In this document: in pieces, positions 1 through 10,708 of the stretch
Position numbering within the stretch: position 1 is the stretch's first letter
Layout: each line of letters begins with the position of its first letter
Assembly: GCA_944322565.1 (NCBI GenBank)
Contig: CALUPG010000002.1
Location: 208,522 to 272,521 of the forward strand
Origin: an uncultured Bacteroidales bacterium
GTDB lineage: Bacteria > Bacteroidota > Bacteroidia > Bacteroidales > UBA932
Direction: 5' to 3'
Length of the DNA: 64,000 bases
The notes under the pieces: model-generated
The model's input: the letters and a program-made list of their open reading frames with translations, nothing else
Told to the model about the DNA's origin: nothing
The model's database searches: none
Translations under genes and position numbers: made by a program

Positions 1-755
1 GTCGAAGCCATCATCATCACAATGCTGCTTACGGTCTCAAGGTTGTCTGGATTCTCCTCAAATCTCGGAGTAAAGAGAGAGATGAGCTTGTCGCAGTCGG
101 CAATTTTGCTGGATATGAAAAGACTTTCGATGTCCTTCCTTACTTTTTCATTCTGCTGCTTCTGCACTTCAGACTTAGGGTCCATCTTGTAGATGAGTGC
201 CATCACTTCCTCATAGTCATTGAGAACAGTCTCTGCGTCAAGGACTCCTTTCTGATAGAGGTCGACTGCAGTATTGATTGTGAAGAGAAGAATGTTAGGC
301 TTCACCTGCTCCTCATTGGCTGCAATGACTTCCTTGAAGCCATCATACTGCGCCTTAGGATCATTCTTGAGATAATTGATGATGTCTGTCCCCTTGTTGT
401 TCATGGCTGTCACAGCATATTTTGAATAATACTGTGCCCTCGTGTTGTGAAGGGAAAGGAGTGTATCAATCAGCGCATTCCTGTAGATGGTGTTCTGACT
501 GTTCTTTCCGATGAGATATCTCATGAGGGTAGTACCGTCGATGAGCATTGTCTGGCTCGCAGTAGGAGGACAGAGTGTATATGCCTTTCTCCAGTTCGGA
601 AGGGAGGCATCATAATTCTTCTGCTTGAAATACTCCTTGTAATAAGAGAGATATTTTATGCATTCTGCACTGTCCGCACCATATTTTCCCTGTGCAAACA
701 ATGATGTGCCGCCTATCATGGCCAAGGCGATCAGAGATAAAAGCAATTTCTTCAT
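1..755 (-). CDS. Exported helical-repeat (TPR-like) protein, 3' end runs off the window
   Basis: Translated by hand from ATG at 755: MKKLLLSLIALAMIGGTSLFAQGKYGADSAECIKYLSYYKEYFKQKNY..., open to the window edge. Signal peptide present. Not in the supplied track because no stop lies in the window. Confidence 0.75.
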   Translation of the reverse strand, partial: MKKLLLSLIALAMIGGTSLFAQGKYGADSAECIKYLSYYKEYFKQKNYDASLPNWRKAYTLCPPTASQTMLIDGTTLMRYLIGKNSQNTIYRNALIDTLLSLHNTRAQYYSKYAVTAMNNKGTDIINYLKNDPKAQYDGFKEVIAANEEQVKPNILLFTINTAVDLYQKGVLDAETVLNDYEEVMALIYKMDPKSEVQKQQNEKVRKDIESLFISSKIADCDKLISLFTPRFEENPDNLETVSSIVMMMAS

Positions 756-774
756 AATTTATAGTTTTAATTGT

Positions 775-2106
775 TTAATTATATCGTGGTTTCTGGAACC
801 ATAGGTCATGTATGTTGAATCCTACTGAAAATGACACATACCTCTCCCTCACCATACTGTTCCTCAGACTTCCCCTCTGTCCGAAATCAACACCGACAGT
901 AATTCCGTTATACCATCTGAACACAGGCAATGTCACACCGAGCGTTATGCCGAATGAGTTCACCACATTGCCGTCAAACAGATAATATGATGTGTCATAA
1001 TATGCACCCGCCCTGTATGCGCAACGGCGCAGGTAATATCTGATGTCATTCCTGTTCGGGACTATCTCAAATCCCGCCCTGACCGAATGCGATACAGTTG
1101 ATGTGAACACCGAACTGCCGTCGGCTGAAAATCCGGGCCTGCTTTCCATCCCCGTATTGCGCCAGTCGGACATGAGGTAGTTGACCTCGGCATTCCACTT
1201 GTCGCCTCCTTTCAAAGAGACTCCTACACCTATTTCATCCCCGAATTTTATACCGTCAGCCGCATCAAGATGATTCACATTGTTTCTCAAAGTATCGGTT
1301 ATCTCCGAGGTATTCGCATAACTGTATTCGGTAAGGCGTCCCCTTACATTTGTCCTGAGCCTGTATGTGGCTCCGACAGTCAATGAAAGGTTGTTTCCGA
1401 GAGGCTGTTCGTACTGAAGCCCGAACTTTCCGGTATATCCCCTGAGAAGCAGATTATATCCGTTGTTGTCAGTCCTGTAGGAATCATCTTCGAAAGCCAT
1501 GTTGTAGACCTTGTCAAGAGAACCGAAATAATATATGAATTCAGCCCCGAGGGACAGCCTTCTCCAGAAAGTGACGGCACCGCCTGCAAACAGCTGATAA
1601 ATGCTGCCTTCTCCGTAATTGCTCAACGCGACATTGCCTGTATTGCCCACTATGTCCTGATCCGTGATGATGGATGAAAACTGATATCCTATGTCACTGA
1701 ACGGGGTGATTCCCACCATAAATGCGGATGACTTGTATATCGGAAAGCTTATTACAAAGTCGTGGATATTGAACGTATTGTTCCCGGAAATCAGTTTGTT
1801 TCCGTCTATGTTCTGCCTGTATATGGTATTTGATTCGGAGAGTCCGAAATCTGCCATGAAAGAAAGGGAATCCCTTGCCGTCAGGGATGCAGGATTCACT
1901 ATGTTTATGAAACGTTTGCTGCGGTTGGCTATACCGACACCTCCCATGCTCCGGTTATATGCTGTCCCTTCTTTTGTAAGATTCCCTATACCATAAATGG
2001 AATATGGTGAAAATGAACCGTATGCCCCATTTTCCTGACTATATGCCAAAGATGTACACAGAAGTAGAGTGCACAATAAGAATATTCTTAAAATAATCCT
2101 ATACAT
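775..2106 (-). CDS. Outer-membrane beta-barrel protein (FadL/TodX-like transport family)
   Basis: 443-aa ORF with signal peptide (..SLAYS|QE), GMGG-like N-terminal motif (RSMGGVGIA), alternating amphipathic strands and an aromatic C-terminus. Confidence 0.65.
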   Translation of the reverse strand: MYRIILRIFLLCTLLLCTSLAYSQENGAYGSFSPYSIYGIGNLTKEGTAYNRSMGGVGIANRSKRFINIVNPASLTARDSLSFMADFGLSESNTIYRQNIDGNKLISGNNTFNIHDFVISFPIYKSSAFMVGITPFSDIGYQFSSIITDQDIVGNTGNVALSNYGEGSIYQLFAGGAVTFWRRLSLGAEFIYYFGSLDKVYNMAFEDDSYRTDNNGYNLLLRGYTGKFGLQYEQPLGNNLSLTVGATYRLRTNVRGRLTEYSYANTSEITDTLRNNVNHLDAADGIKFGDEIGVGVSLKGGDKWNAEVNYLMSDWRNTGMESRPGFSADGSSVFTSTVSHSVRAGFEIVPNRNDIRYYLRRCAYRAGAYYDTSYYLFDGNVVNSFGITLGVTLPVFRWYNGITVGVDFGQRGSLRNSMVRERYVSFSVGFNIHDLWFQKPRYN

Positions 2107-2812
2107 AATCTTCAGCTGTTAGAGCCAGCCCCATCAAAACAAGGTTACAAACTACAAAGATGGAGTTTTTCATTCTTTTTGCAAAATAAATTGCGTCTCC
2201 TCCAGTAAAAACACTTATATTGTCAGGATAACGGCGCAAATACCCTTCTGTTTCAAATATTATGCCTCCTATTACCCCGGATTCTATTGACGATATGATG
2301 TCATGGCCGGCTCCGGTGATTTCAGAAGGAGTGTCTGTCAGGGGAAGAGAACGGGAATACCTGTTTATCGCCTTGAATCTTGTGCGGCATCCCACGGAAA
2401 TGTTTCCTCCCGAATAGTTTCCGTCCGCATCAAGAAAATCTATGGTAAGAGTAGTCCCGAAGTCAAACAGCGTGCAGCCTCTTCCCTTGAAGAGATACCG
2501 TGCAGCTATGATTGACGCAGCCCTGTCCGGGGAAAGATATGAAGGAAGTCCGTTTCTCTCAAGTACATCATTGTGCCTTGAGTCCATAATGACAAGGATG
2601 CGGCATTTTTCCCTGAATATCTTTTCTTCTTTTGAGGAAATTTCCCTTGTCGAGGAAATGACCATCACATCAGGCCTGTCCTTTGAAACCAGAGAAAGTA
2701 TGAAATCCGACATTTTCTCTCCCTGATACCTGAATGTCTTTCCGAGAGTAATCCCGTCTGTCCACGCGGCCTTCAGAGCCGTATTTCCTATATCTATAAC
2801 AAGATTGCCCAC
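2099..2812 (-). CDS. coaX: Type III pantothenate kinase
   Basis: Motifs DIGNT, PDR, DFGT, GGNI and TGGD. Confidence 0.9.
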   Translation of the reverse strand: MGNLVIDIGNTALKAAWTDGITLGKTFRYQGEKMSDFILSLVSKDRPDVMVISSTREISSKEEKIFREKCRILVIMDSRHNDVLERNGLPSYLSPDRAASIIAARYLFKGRGCTLFDFGTTLTIDFLDADGNYSGGNISVGCRTRFKAINRYSRSLPLTDTPSEITGAGHDIISSIESGVIGGIIFETEGYLRRYPDNISVFTGGDAIYFAKRMKNSIFVVCNLVLMGLALTAEDYV

Positions 2813-2863
2813 TTCTGAATATTAAAATGCATTCTGCAAATTTATAAATTATCACAACTATTG

Positions 2864-5800
2864 TCAAGCAAGTTTTTTCAATGCATTGTATGCGCTGACT
2901 ACCGAAGGAATATTTCTGACCACAAGGCGCAATCTGTTGTCAGGCTGCTTGAGTTCAAATATCCTTGAATTTCTGTTCACGGCATCAAGCACATCTGAAA
3001 ATTTCCTTGACCTGTAATATTTTGAAAGTGGATTCATGATAAAGAAAGCTATCATTATACCGTTCTTTATTATGATTTTCTCAAAGCCCAGTCTCTCTCC
3101 AAGATTCCTTATCTTCACTATATCGAAGAGTCTGGATGTCTCTTCCGGCATCCTTCCGAACCTGTCTTCCATTCTCTGCCTCATCCTTTCTATTTCCCTG
3201 TCGTCAGAAATAGAATCAAGTTCTTTGTATATCCTTATCTTTTCAGAGGATACATTGATGTAACTGTCCGGAATCAATGCCTCGAGGTCAGTGTCTACCA
3301 TACAGTCAGATACGTATGTGTCAGCCTTTGAGGAAGCGGCAATTCCCGTCTCCACGCCAAGTTCTTCCATGGCTTCCGACAATATCTTCTGATATGTCTC
3401 GAGCCCCATGTCTGATATGAACCCGCTCTGTTCGGCGCCGAGCAAATTGCCGGCTCCCCTTATGTCGAGGTCCTGCATGGCTATGTTGAATCCGCTTCCG
3501 AGATCGGAGAATGCTTCTATTGCCTTGAGCCTCCGTCTGGCATCATCTGTCATTGAAGTCATCGGAGGTACGACAAGATAGCAGAATGCCTTCTTGTTGG
3601 AGCGTCCCACTCTTCCCCTGAGCTGATGAAGGTCACTCAGCCCTATGTTCTGGGCCTGATTGATGATGATGGTATTGGCATTCGGTATGTCAAGACCGTT
3701 CTCGATGATTGTAGTGCACAGCAGAAGGTCATAGTCACCGGCCATAAAGTCAAGAATCTTGTTTTCAAGTATCTTTGGTTCCATCTGACCATGAGCCACA
3801 CATATCTTCATGTCGGGTATCATCCTGTGCAGGATATCAGCTATCGACTGAAGTTCCTCCACCCTGTTATGGACGAAGAATACCTGCCCTCCCCTGTTGA
3901 GTTCATAATTTATGATGCCCTTTATCTCATCGTTGTCAAAAAGCATTATTTCCGTCTGCACAGGTATCCTGTTCGGAGGAGGAGTATTTATTATGGAAAG
4001 ATCGCGGGCTCCGAGAAGGGAGAACTGCAGCGTCCTCGGTATCGGTGTGGCCGTAAGTGTAAGCGTGTCGACGGAAAGCTTCATCTGTTTCAACTTTTCC
4101 TTCGCACTTACTCCGAATTTCTGTTCTTCGTCTATTATCAGAAGACCCAGGTCCTTGAATTCAAATCCTTTTCCGAGGAGCTTGTGTGTTCCTATCACTA
4201 TGTCAAGTGTGCCTTTTCTGAGTCTTTCCTGAATCTCAGATATTTCCTTGGATGTCCTCAGGCGGCTTACATAGTCTATAGAACAGGGAAAATCCTTCAG
4301 TCTTCCTGAAAATGTATTGAAGTGCTGCAGTGCCAATATAGTTGTGGGGACAAGTACAGCCACCTGCTTGCTGTCAGCCACTGCCTTGAATGCAGCCCTT
4401 ACTGCAACTTCTGTTTTCCCGAAGCCTACATCACCGCATACAAGCCTGTCCATGGGACAATCATCCTCCATGTCATGTTTCACTGCCTTCACAGCCTTTT
4501 CCTGATCAGGTGTATCCTCATACATGAACGAAGACTCAAGCTCCTCCTGAAGATATGAGTCAGGAGAGAAAGCAAAGCCTTTGGCAGCCTTTCTCTTGGC
4601 ATAGAGCTGAATGAGTTCCTTGGCTATGTCCTTGACTTTTGACTTGGTGCTGCTTTTGAGATTCTGCCAGGTCTTAGAGCCGAGTTTGTTGATTTTTGGA
4701 GGTTCGGAATCCCTTGACTTATATCTTGATATCTTGTGCAGGGCATGTACAGACACAAAGACCGTATCATTGTCCTTATATGATATCTTCACCACTTCAT
4801 GCACCCTTCCCTTGTCATCCTTCATCTTTACGAGACCTCCGAAAATTCCTATACCATAGTCTATATGGACCACATAGTCTCCTATATTGAATGCCGTCAG
4901 GTCATTGATGGTGAGCTGTTCGCTCTTCTCGACAGTTCTTCTGATGCTTACTCTGTGGAATCTGTCGAAAATCTCATGGTCAGAATAACAGCATATCCTG
5001 TCCTCATTGTCAATGAAGCCGCTGTGAATATTTCTTCCTGAACGGAATTCCGGCAAAAGTCCGCTGCTCTGGGACAGGATGGAACGCAGGCGCTCAAGCT
5101 GCGATTCCTTCTCCCCGAAGATATACACCTTATATCCGGATTCCATTTTATCCCTTATATCTGCGGCAAGCAAGTCAAAATTCTTATTGAACGAAGGCTG
5201 AGGGGCAATATTGAATTTTATCACATCCTTGTCACGCACAGATACAGGGGTATCAGTGAAGACATGCCGGAAAGAAAGCAGTGAATCGAAGAAAGGCCGG
5301 TCTCTGTACATGTCTGAGGAATCCAGCCATACCGTACTTCCTTCGGGAAGCCTTTCTCCTATAAGTGACTCAGCATTGCCGTCAGCAGATGTGAAATCCG
5401 GAAAAATCTCAGCTTCATCAGCTTTAGCGACTGACAGCTGGGTATTGCAGTCAAAGACATTGATACTTTCTATCTCATCACCGAAAAATCCTATCCTGTA
5501 AGGATTGTTGTACGAATATGAGAATATGTCTATGATTCCGCCCCTTACCGCAAACTGTCCCGGAGAAGAGACAAAGTCCACCCTCTCGAATCCTTTTGAA
5601 AAAAGAGATTCTATGATGGCATCATGATTGATTTCTTCCCCTGTTTTCAGTCTCAACACTTCCGCACCGATTTTCCGGGCATCGGGAATACCTTCTTCAA
5701 GAGCCTGGGGATATGACACTATTACAAGCAGGTCATCCCCCGAATATTCGGCTATCCTGCCTATTGCCGCAGTTCTCTGGACCCTTAGGGAAGATCTGTA

Positions 5801-6055
5801 GTTGCTCCGTTCAAGACTTCTGCCGGAATCAGGAAGAAAGAACACCCTGTCCCCTTCTATAAGATTATAGAAATCAGCGGCACAATATTCGGCGGACTCA
5901 CGGTCAGGCAGCACCACCAGATTGATTCCTCTCTTCATCACGGAAGAAATGACAAACCATCTTGCGGAAAAGAAAAGTCCGGAACAATATATTTCATTAG
6001 AATCTTCCAGCCTTGCCGAAAGTTCTGAAGATGTCTTCTCGGATATGCCCATCAT
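2864..6055 (-). CDS. mfd: Transcription-repair coupling factor
   Basis: UvrB-homology region (GQFAVRGGIIDIFS), CarD-like RID (GDYVVHIDYGIG), helicase motifs GDVGFGKT, DEEQ, TATPIPRT and QLRGRVGR, and C-terminal TRCF domain. Confidence 0.97.
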   Translation of the reverse strand: MMGISEKTSSELSARLEDSNEIYCSGLFFSARWFVISSVMKRGINLVVLPDRESAEYCAADFYNLIEGDRVFFLPDSGRSLERSNYRSSLRVQRTAAIGRIAEYSGDDLLVIVSYPQALEEGIPDARKIGAEVLRLKTGEEINHDAIIESLFSKGFERVDFVSSPGQFAVRGGIIDIFSYSYNNPYRIGFFGDEIESINVFDCNTQLSVAKADEAEIFPDFTSADGNAESLIGERLPEGSTVWLDSSDMYRDRPFFDSLLSFRHVFTDTPVSVRDKDVIKFNIAPQPSFNKNFDLLAADIRDKMESGYKVYIFGEKESQLERLRSILSQSSGLLPEFRSGRNIHSGFIDNEDRICCYSDHEIFDRFHRVSIRRTVEKSEQLTINDLTAFNIGDYVVHIDYGIGIFGGLVKMKDDKGRVHEVVKISYKDNDTVFVSVHALHKISRYKSRDSEPPKINKLGSKTWQNLKSSTKSKVKDIAKELIQLYAKRKAAKGFAFSPDSYLQEELESSFMYEDTPDQEKAVKAVKHDMEDDCPMDRLVCGDVGFGKTEVAVRAAFKAVADSKQVAVLVPTTILALQHFNTFSGRLKDFPCSIDYVSRLRTSKEISEIQERLRKGTLDIVIGTHKLLGKGFEFKDLGLLIIDEEQKFGVSAKEKLKQMKLSVDTLTLTATPIPRTLQFSLLGARDLSIINTPPPNRIPVQTEIMLFDNDEIKGIINYELNRGGQVFFVHNRVEELQSIADILHRMIPDMKICVAHGQMEPKILENKILDFMAGDYDLLLCTTIIENGLDIPNANTIIINQAQNIGLSDLHQLRGRVGRSNKKAFCYLVVPPMTSMTDDARRRLKAIEAFSDLGSGFNIAMQDLDIRGAGNLLGAEQSGFISDMGLETYQKILSEAMEELGVETGIAASSKADTYVSDCMVDTDLEALIPDSYINVSSEKIRIYKELDSISDDREIERMRQRMEDRFGRMPEETSRLFDIVKIRNLGERLGFEKIIIKNGIMIAFFIMNPLSKYYRSRKFSDVLDAVNRNSRIFELKQPDNRLRLVVRNIPSVVSAYNALKKLA

Positions 6056-6136
6056 TTAACGGATATTGTTGACAACTTGTTGAAAACTCATAAAAAATAT
6101 GTTGAAAACCTGTTGATAAAGCATGAAATAAAAATT

Positions 6137-6144
6137 CAAAAATA
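6137..6144 (-). promoter_or_regulatory. Putative Bacteroidetes -7 promoter element for mfd
   Basis: TATTTTTG on the minus strand matches TAnnTTTG, ~80 nt upstream of the mfd ATG. Confidence 0.45.
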
Positions 6145-6341
6145 CATTATGAAATGAAAATAATCTTTACATACTCCGTTGAAATCAGAAATCAAAATTT
6201 ATCACAAACAATCTCTGAAAAGTTTCCATTATGGTTATCAACATTTCAGTAATATTATAATCAGTTATAAATCAGTATAATATAAATCTTATCAACATTT
6301 CAACACCGGTATAATCACAATAAAGAAAAATATAAAAAGAT

Positions 6342-6349
6342 TATATTTG
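6342..6349 (+). promoter_or_regulatory. Putative Bacteroidetes -7 promoter element for ruvB
   Basis: TATATTTG matches TAnnTTTG, 50 nt upstream of the ruvB ATG. Confidence 0.45.
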
Positions 6350-6398
6350 TATGTTTTTATGATGATGACCGCATGACTGCGGACAAAAAATTGACAAG

Positions 6399-7427
6399 AT
6401 GAACGGACATTTTGACCCCCATGATGTAAATTCGGACAAAGATAAGGAATTTGACGGAATCATAAGGCCTCAGGAACTGGAAGACTTCACCGGACAGGAA
6501 AAGACCGTGGCCAATCTGAAGATATTCATTAAAGCCGCCAAAATGAGAGGGGAGTCCCTTGATCATGTGCTCTTCCACGGGCCTCCGGGACTCGGAAAGA
6601 CTACTCTTGCGCATATCATCGCGAATGAACTTGGAGTCAGCATGAAGGTTACTTCAGGCCCGGTGCTGGACAAGCCGGGAGACCTTGCCGGACTTCTGAC
6701 TTCGCTTGAGGAGGGGGATGTGCTTTTTATCGACGAGATACACCGCCTTGCTCCGGAAGTCGAGGAATACCTCTATTCCGCGATGGAGGATTTTGTAATA
6801 GACATAATGATAGACAAGGGACCGGGTGCACGGTCTGTGCGGATTTCACTGAATCCTTTCACCCTTGTCGGGGCGACCACAAGAAGCGGTCTGCTTACTT
6901 CGCCTTTGAGAGCAAGGTTCGGAATTACCTGTGCACTTGAGTATTATGATACACCCACCCTTGTACATATTGTAAAGAGAAGCGCATCCATCCTTAAGAT
7001 AGGAATAGAAGAGGATGCCGCATACGAGATTGCACTCCGGAGCCGTGGAACACCGCGTATCGCCAATTCTCTGCTCAGGAGAGTAAGGGATTTCGCCCAG
7101 GTCATGGGCAACGGACATATTGACATTGCCATAGCTAAATATGCCCTTGATGCATTGAACATAGACAAGCGTGGACTTGATTCGATAGACAACAAGATAC
7201 TGAGGACCATAATCACAAAATTCAAAGGCGGTCCTGTCGGAGCAAACACCATAGCGACTGCAGTCGGTGAAGATCAGGGGACTCTTGAGGAAGTCTATGA
7301 GCCGTTCCTCATAAAGGAAGGCTTTATTGTCAGGACTCCAAGAGGCAGGGAGGCAACTGAACTTGCCTACAGTCATCTCGGGATAGAAATGTGTGGGACT
7401 CCCGAGCCTGATGCCACATTGTTTTAG
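6399..7427 (+). CDS. ruvB: Holliday junction branch migration helicase RuvB
   Basis: [44 protein letters not shown] and EPFLI...RTPRGR. Confidence 0.98.
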   Translation: MNGHFDPHDVNSDKDKEFDGIIRPQELEDFTGQEKTVANLKIFIKAAKMRGESLDHVLFHGPPGLGKTTLAHIIANELGVSMKVTSGPVLDKPGDLAGLLTSLEEGDVLFIDEIHRLAPEVEEYLYSAMEDFVIDIMIDKGPGARSVRISLNPFTLVGATTRSGLLTSPLRARFGITCALEYYDTPTLVHIVKRSASILKIGIEEDAAYEIALRSRGTPRIANSLLRRVRDFAQVMGNGHIDIAIAKYALDALNIDKRGLDSIDNKILRTIITKFKGGPVGANTIATAVGEDQGTLEEVYEPFLIKEGFIVRTPRGREATELAYSHLGIEMCGTPEPDATLF

Positions 7428-7450
7428 TGAGATTTTATCTGCATCATGAT

Positions 7451-8698
7451 ATGAGATTGCTTCCGTATATCATATTTACATTGGCGGCAATTGTCCTGTG
7501 CCATACCTCAGATGCCTGTACGGCTGTAATAATTTCCGGCAAAGTCACTGCCGATGGGCGTCCCCTTATGTGGAAGAACCGCGATTCCGGCTTTCCTGAC
7601 AACAATATAAGGCATTTCAAGGGAGAGATTCACTCGTTTGTGGGGCTTGTCAATTCCGGTTCTGAAGGCGGCGAGGTCTGGGCCGGTGTCAATACTGCGG
7701 GATTTGCAGTGATGAACACCGCATCATACTGTCTGAAGGATGACGATGTGCCTGCTTCACAAATGGACAGGGAGGGGAGAGTCATGTACAGGGCTCTTGA
7801 AATATGTTCCTCAATCGCTGATTTTGAACATTTTCTTGATACTTTGCATCGTCCGATGGGAGTTGAGGCTAATTTCGGATGTATTGATGCACATGGAGGT
7901 GCCGCATGGTATGAGACGGACAATGATTCATGGCATAAAATTGATGTCAACGGGAGCAGAGACGGTTTTGTCGTCGTCACCAATTTTTCTGTTTCCGGCC
8001 GTCCTTCCGGATGGAAAGGAGTGGAAAGATTCATGACTGCCCAGGCTGTTTTCAGTGAAATAAGGGACGAAGGTGCTCTGCCCGGAATATTGCCTTCTGA
8101 TATAATGAACAGACTTTCGAGGTCTTATCGTCACGAAGTGCTTGGGATAGACTTGATTAGGGATTCATCTGCATTTCTTTCAAATACATCGGGACTTTTC
8201 GTTGACCAGGATTTCATACCGAGAAGTTCCACTTCTGCATCAGTCATCATCAGCGGTGCTGCTTCCGGTGATAATCCGCTTTCCTGTGTGCTTTGGGGAG
8301 CCCTAGGTTATCCCTCATGTTCTGTACTTGTTCCCGTGCCGGTATCTGCCGATGACCATGTTCCTGATGCACTGAAATTTTCACCCGAGGAGTCTGACAG
8401 TACTTTCTGCGGTCTTTCCGCAATGCTCAAGAAGAATTTCATCTTCCGGTCTGATGTCAGCAGCATGTCTCATTATATGGACCTCAGGCCAGTGTTTGCC
8501 GGAGTTGGCGGATATCCGTCAATGCTGTCTTGCTGCAGGGAGGCAGAAAGCAAAATATATTCTCTCTTTTATCCTCTGTTTGCAGGATATGTCTGTGGAG
8601 CAGCAGGGGAGGAAGAGTATCTTTCATGTTATGATTCAATATCCGATTCATTTTATGGGATATATCTTGATTATTTTGAAGGTTATATACATCTTTAA
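7451..8698 (+). CDS. Exported Ntn-hydrolase (C45/acyltransferase-like)
   Basis: Signal peptide followed by CTAVIISG...DGRPLMWKNRD, with an N-terminal Cys nucleophile, and AGVNTAGFAVMN. Start placed at ATG 7451. Confidence 0.75.
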   Translation: MRLLPYIIFTLAAIVLCHTSDACTAVIISGKVTADGRPLMWKNRDSGFPDNNIRHFKGEIHSFVGLVNSGSEGGEVWAGVNTAGFAVMNTASYCLKDDDVPASQMDREGRVMYRALEICSSIADFEHFLDTLHRPMGVEANFGCIDAHGGAAWYETDNDSWHKIDVNGSRDGFVVVTNFSVSGRPSGWKGVERFMTAQAVFSEIRDEGALPGILPSDIMNRLSRSYRHEVLGIDLIRDSSAFLSNTSGLFVDQDFIPRSSTSASVIISGAASGDNPLSCVLWGALGYPSCSVLVPVPVSADDHVPDALKFSPEESDSTFCGLSAMLKKNFIFRSDVSSMSHYMDLRPVFAGVGGYPSMLSCCREAESKIYSLFYPLFAGYVCGAAGEEEYLSCYDSISDSFYGIYLDYFEGYIHL

Positions 8699-8756
8699 TT
8701 GCTAATTAGCCTAAAATTGATTAAAATTGTGCCGAAATTTCATTAATCGATATAAA

Positions 8757-10703
8757 ATGGCCGAAAAACTAATTTCTAAGATTCCTGAGGGTCCTTTGTC
8801 TGAAAAATGGACAAAGCATAAATCTCAGCTTCGTGTTGTCAATCCAGGCAACAAGAGGAAAATCGAGATTATTGTCGTCGGAACCGGTCTGGGCGGAGCA
8901 TCTGCAGCTGCTACGCTCGGTCAGCTCGGTTATAAAGTGAAGGTGTTCTGCATCAGTGATTCCCCTCGTCGTGCGCATTCCATTGCTGCACAGGGAGGTA
9001 TCAATGCTGCCAAGAACTATCAGAGTGACAATGACTCGGTTTACCGTCTTTTCTATGAGACCATCAAAGGTGGAGACTACCGCAGCCGCGAGGCCAATGT
9101 TTACCGTCTTGCCGAAGTGAGCGGAAATATCATTGACCAGTGCGTTGCTCAGGGTGTTCCGTTTGCCCGCGAATACGGCGGACTTCTTTCCAACCGCTCC
9201 TTCGGCGGTGCGCAGGTAAGCCGTACATTCTATGCAAGAGGCCAGACAGGACAGCAGCTTCTTCTCGGAGCATATGCCGCAATGAACAGGCAGATAGCAG
9301 AAGGTAATGTGGAAAGTTTTCCGCGTCATGAAATGCTTGATGTCGTTCTTATCAACGGCGAGGCAAAGGGAATCATCGCAAGGAATCTTGTTACAGGAGA
9401 AATTGAAAGATTCGGCGCCCATGCTGTAGTGATAGCTACCGGCGGATACGGCAATACATACTTCCTTTCTACAAATGCCATGAACAGCAATGGTTCCGCT
9501 GCATGGCAGTGCTATAAGAAAGGTGCTTATTTTGCAAATCCTTGTTTTGCTCAGATACATCCTACATGTATTCCTGTCCATGGAGACCAGCAGTCAAAAC
9601 TTACACTTATGTCCGAGTCACTCCGTAATGACGGACGCATCTGGGTACCTAAGAAGAAAGAGGATGTGATGAGGCTCCGCAAAAAGGAAGTAAAGCCTTC
9701 ACAGATACCTGAAGAAGACCGTGACTACTATCTTGAGCGCAGATACCCGGCATTCGGAAACCTTGTTCCGCGTGATGTTGCTTCACGTGCTGCAAAGGAA
9801 AGGTGTGATGCGGGATTCGGCGTCAATGAGACAGGGCTTGCGGTGTTCCTTGACTTCAGCACTGCCATCAAAAGGCTTGGTGAGGACAAGATACGTGAAA
9901 GATACGGTAACCTGTTCCAGATGTATCAGAAGATTACCGACACTGATCCATACAAGGAGCCTATGATGATTTATCCGGCCATTCATTATACTATGGGAGG
10001 CCTTTGGGTAGATTACAATCTTCAGACCACCGTTCCCGGGCTTTATGCCATCGGTGAGGCCAACTTCAGTGACCATGGAGGAAACCGTCTCGGTGCATCT
10101 GCCCTTATGCAGGGTCTTGCAGACGGATATTTCATACTTCCTTATACTATCGGAGACTATCTTGCAGGACAGTTCAAGTATCCGGTTCCGGATACAAACT
10201 CTCCTGAGTTTGCAGAGGCTGAGAACGCAGTCAGGGCCAAGATTGACAAACTTATGTCAATCAAGGGCAAGCATACTGTTGATGAGATTCATAAGAAGCT
10301 CGGCCACATCATGTGGGAGTATGTGGGCATGGCCCGTAATGAGGCTGGACTCAAGAAGGCAATTGAGATGATTCAGGAGCTCCGCAAGGAATTCTGGAGT
10401 GATGTCTATGTAGCAGGTCAGAAGGACAATTTCAACCAGGAGCTTGAAAAGGCTCTCAGGCTTGCGGATTTCCTTGAGATAGGTGAACTCATGGCCCGTG
10501 ATGCCCTTCACCGCAAGGAGTCCTGCGGAGGACATTTCCGTGAAGAGATGCAGACGGAAGACGGTGAGACCAAGCGTGATGACGAGCATTTCATGTATGT
10601 TGCAGCCTGGGAATACAAAGGTGACGATAAGGAGCCGGAACTTCACAAGGAGCCTCTCGTCTATGAGAATATCAAGATAGCTACCAGAAACTATAAAGAC
10701 TAA
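8757..10703 (+). CDS. sdhA: Succinate dehydrogenase/fumarate reductase flavoprotein subunit
   Basis: FAD-binding VVGTGLGG, covalent-FAD motif [31 protein letters not shown] and ESCGGHFR. Confidence 0.96.
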   Translation: MAEKLISKIPEGPLSEKWTKHKSQLRVVNPGNKRKIEIIVVGTGLGGASAAATLGQLGYKVKVFCISDSPRRAHSIAAQGGINAAKNYQSDNDSVYRLFYETIKGGDYRSREANVYRLAEVSGNIIDQCVAQGVPFAREYGGLLSNRSFGGAQVSRTFYARGQTGQQLLLGAYAAMNRQIAEGNVESFPRHEMLDVVLINGEAKGIIARNLVTGEIERFGAHAVVIATGGYGNTYFLSTNAMNSNGSAAWQCYKKGAYFANPCFAQIHPTCIPVHGDQQSKLTLMSESLRNDGRIWVPKKKEDVMRLRKKEVKPSQIPEEDRDYYLERRYPAFGNLVPRDVASRAAKERCDAGFGVNETGLAVFLDFSTAIKRLGEDKIRERYGNLFQMYQKITDTDPYKEPMMIYPAIHYTMGGLWVDYNLQTTVPGLYAIGEANFSDHGGNRLGASALMQGLADGYFILPYTIGDYLAGQFKYPVPDTNSPEFAEAENAVRAKIDKLMSIKGKHTVDEIHKKLGHIMWEYVGMARNEAGLKKAIEMIQELRKEFWSDVYVAGQKDNFNQELEKALRLADFLEIGELMARDALHRKESCGGHFREEMQTEDGETKRDDEHFMYVAAWEYKGDDKEPELHKEPLVYENIKIATRNYKD

Positions 10704-10708
10704 TTGAA

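Larger units (their letters stand above)
6067..6360. other. Candidate chromosomal replication origin (oriC) with variant DnaA boxes
   Basis: TGTTGA(C/A/T)AA at 6067, 6078, 6100 and 6111. Oppositely oriented TTATCAACA at 6235 and 6289, plus TTTCAACA at 6298, then CCGG (6306-6309), then a ~88% AT tract (6310-6360). Flanking genes diverge and parS sites are nearby. Confidence 0.7.
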
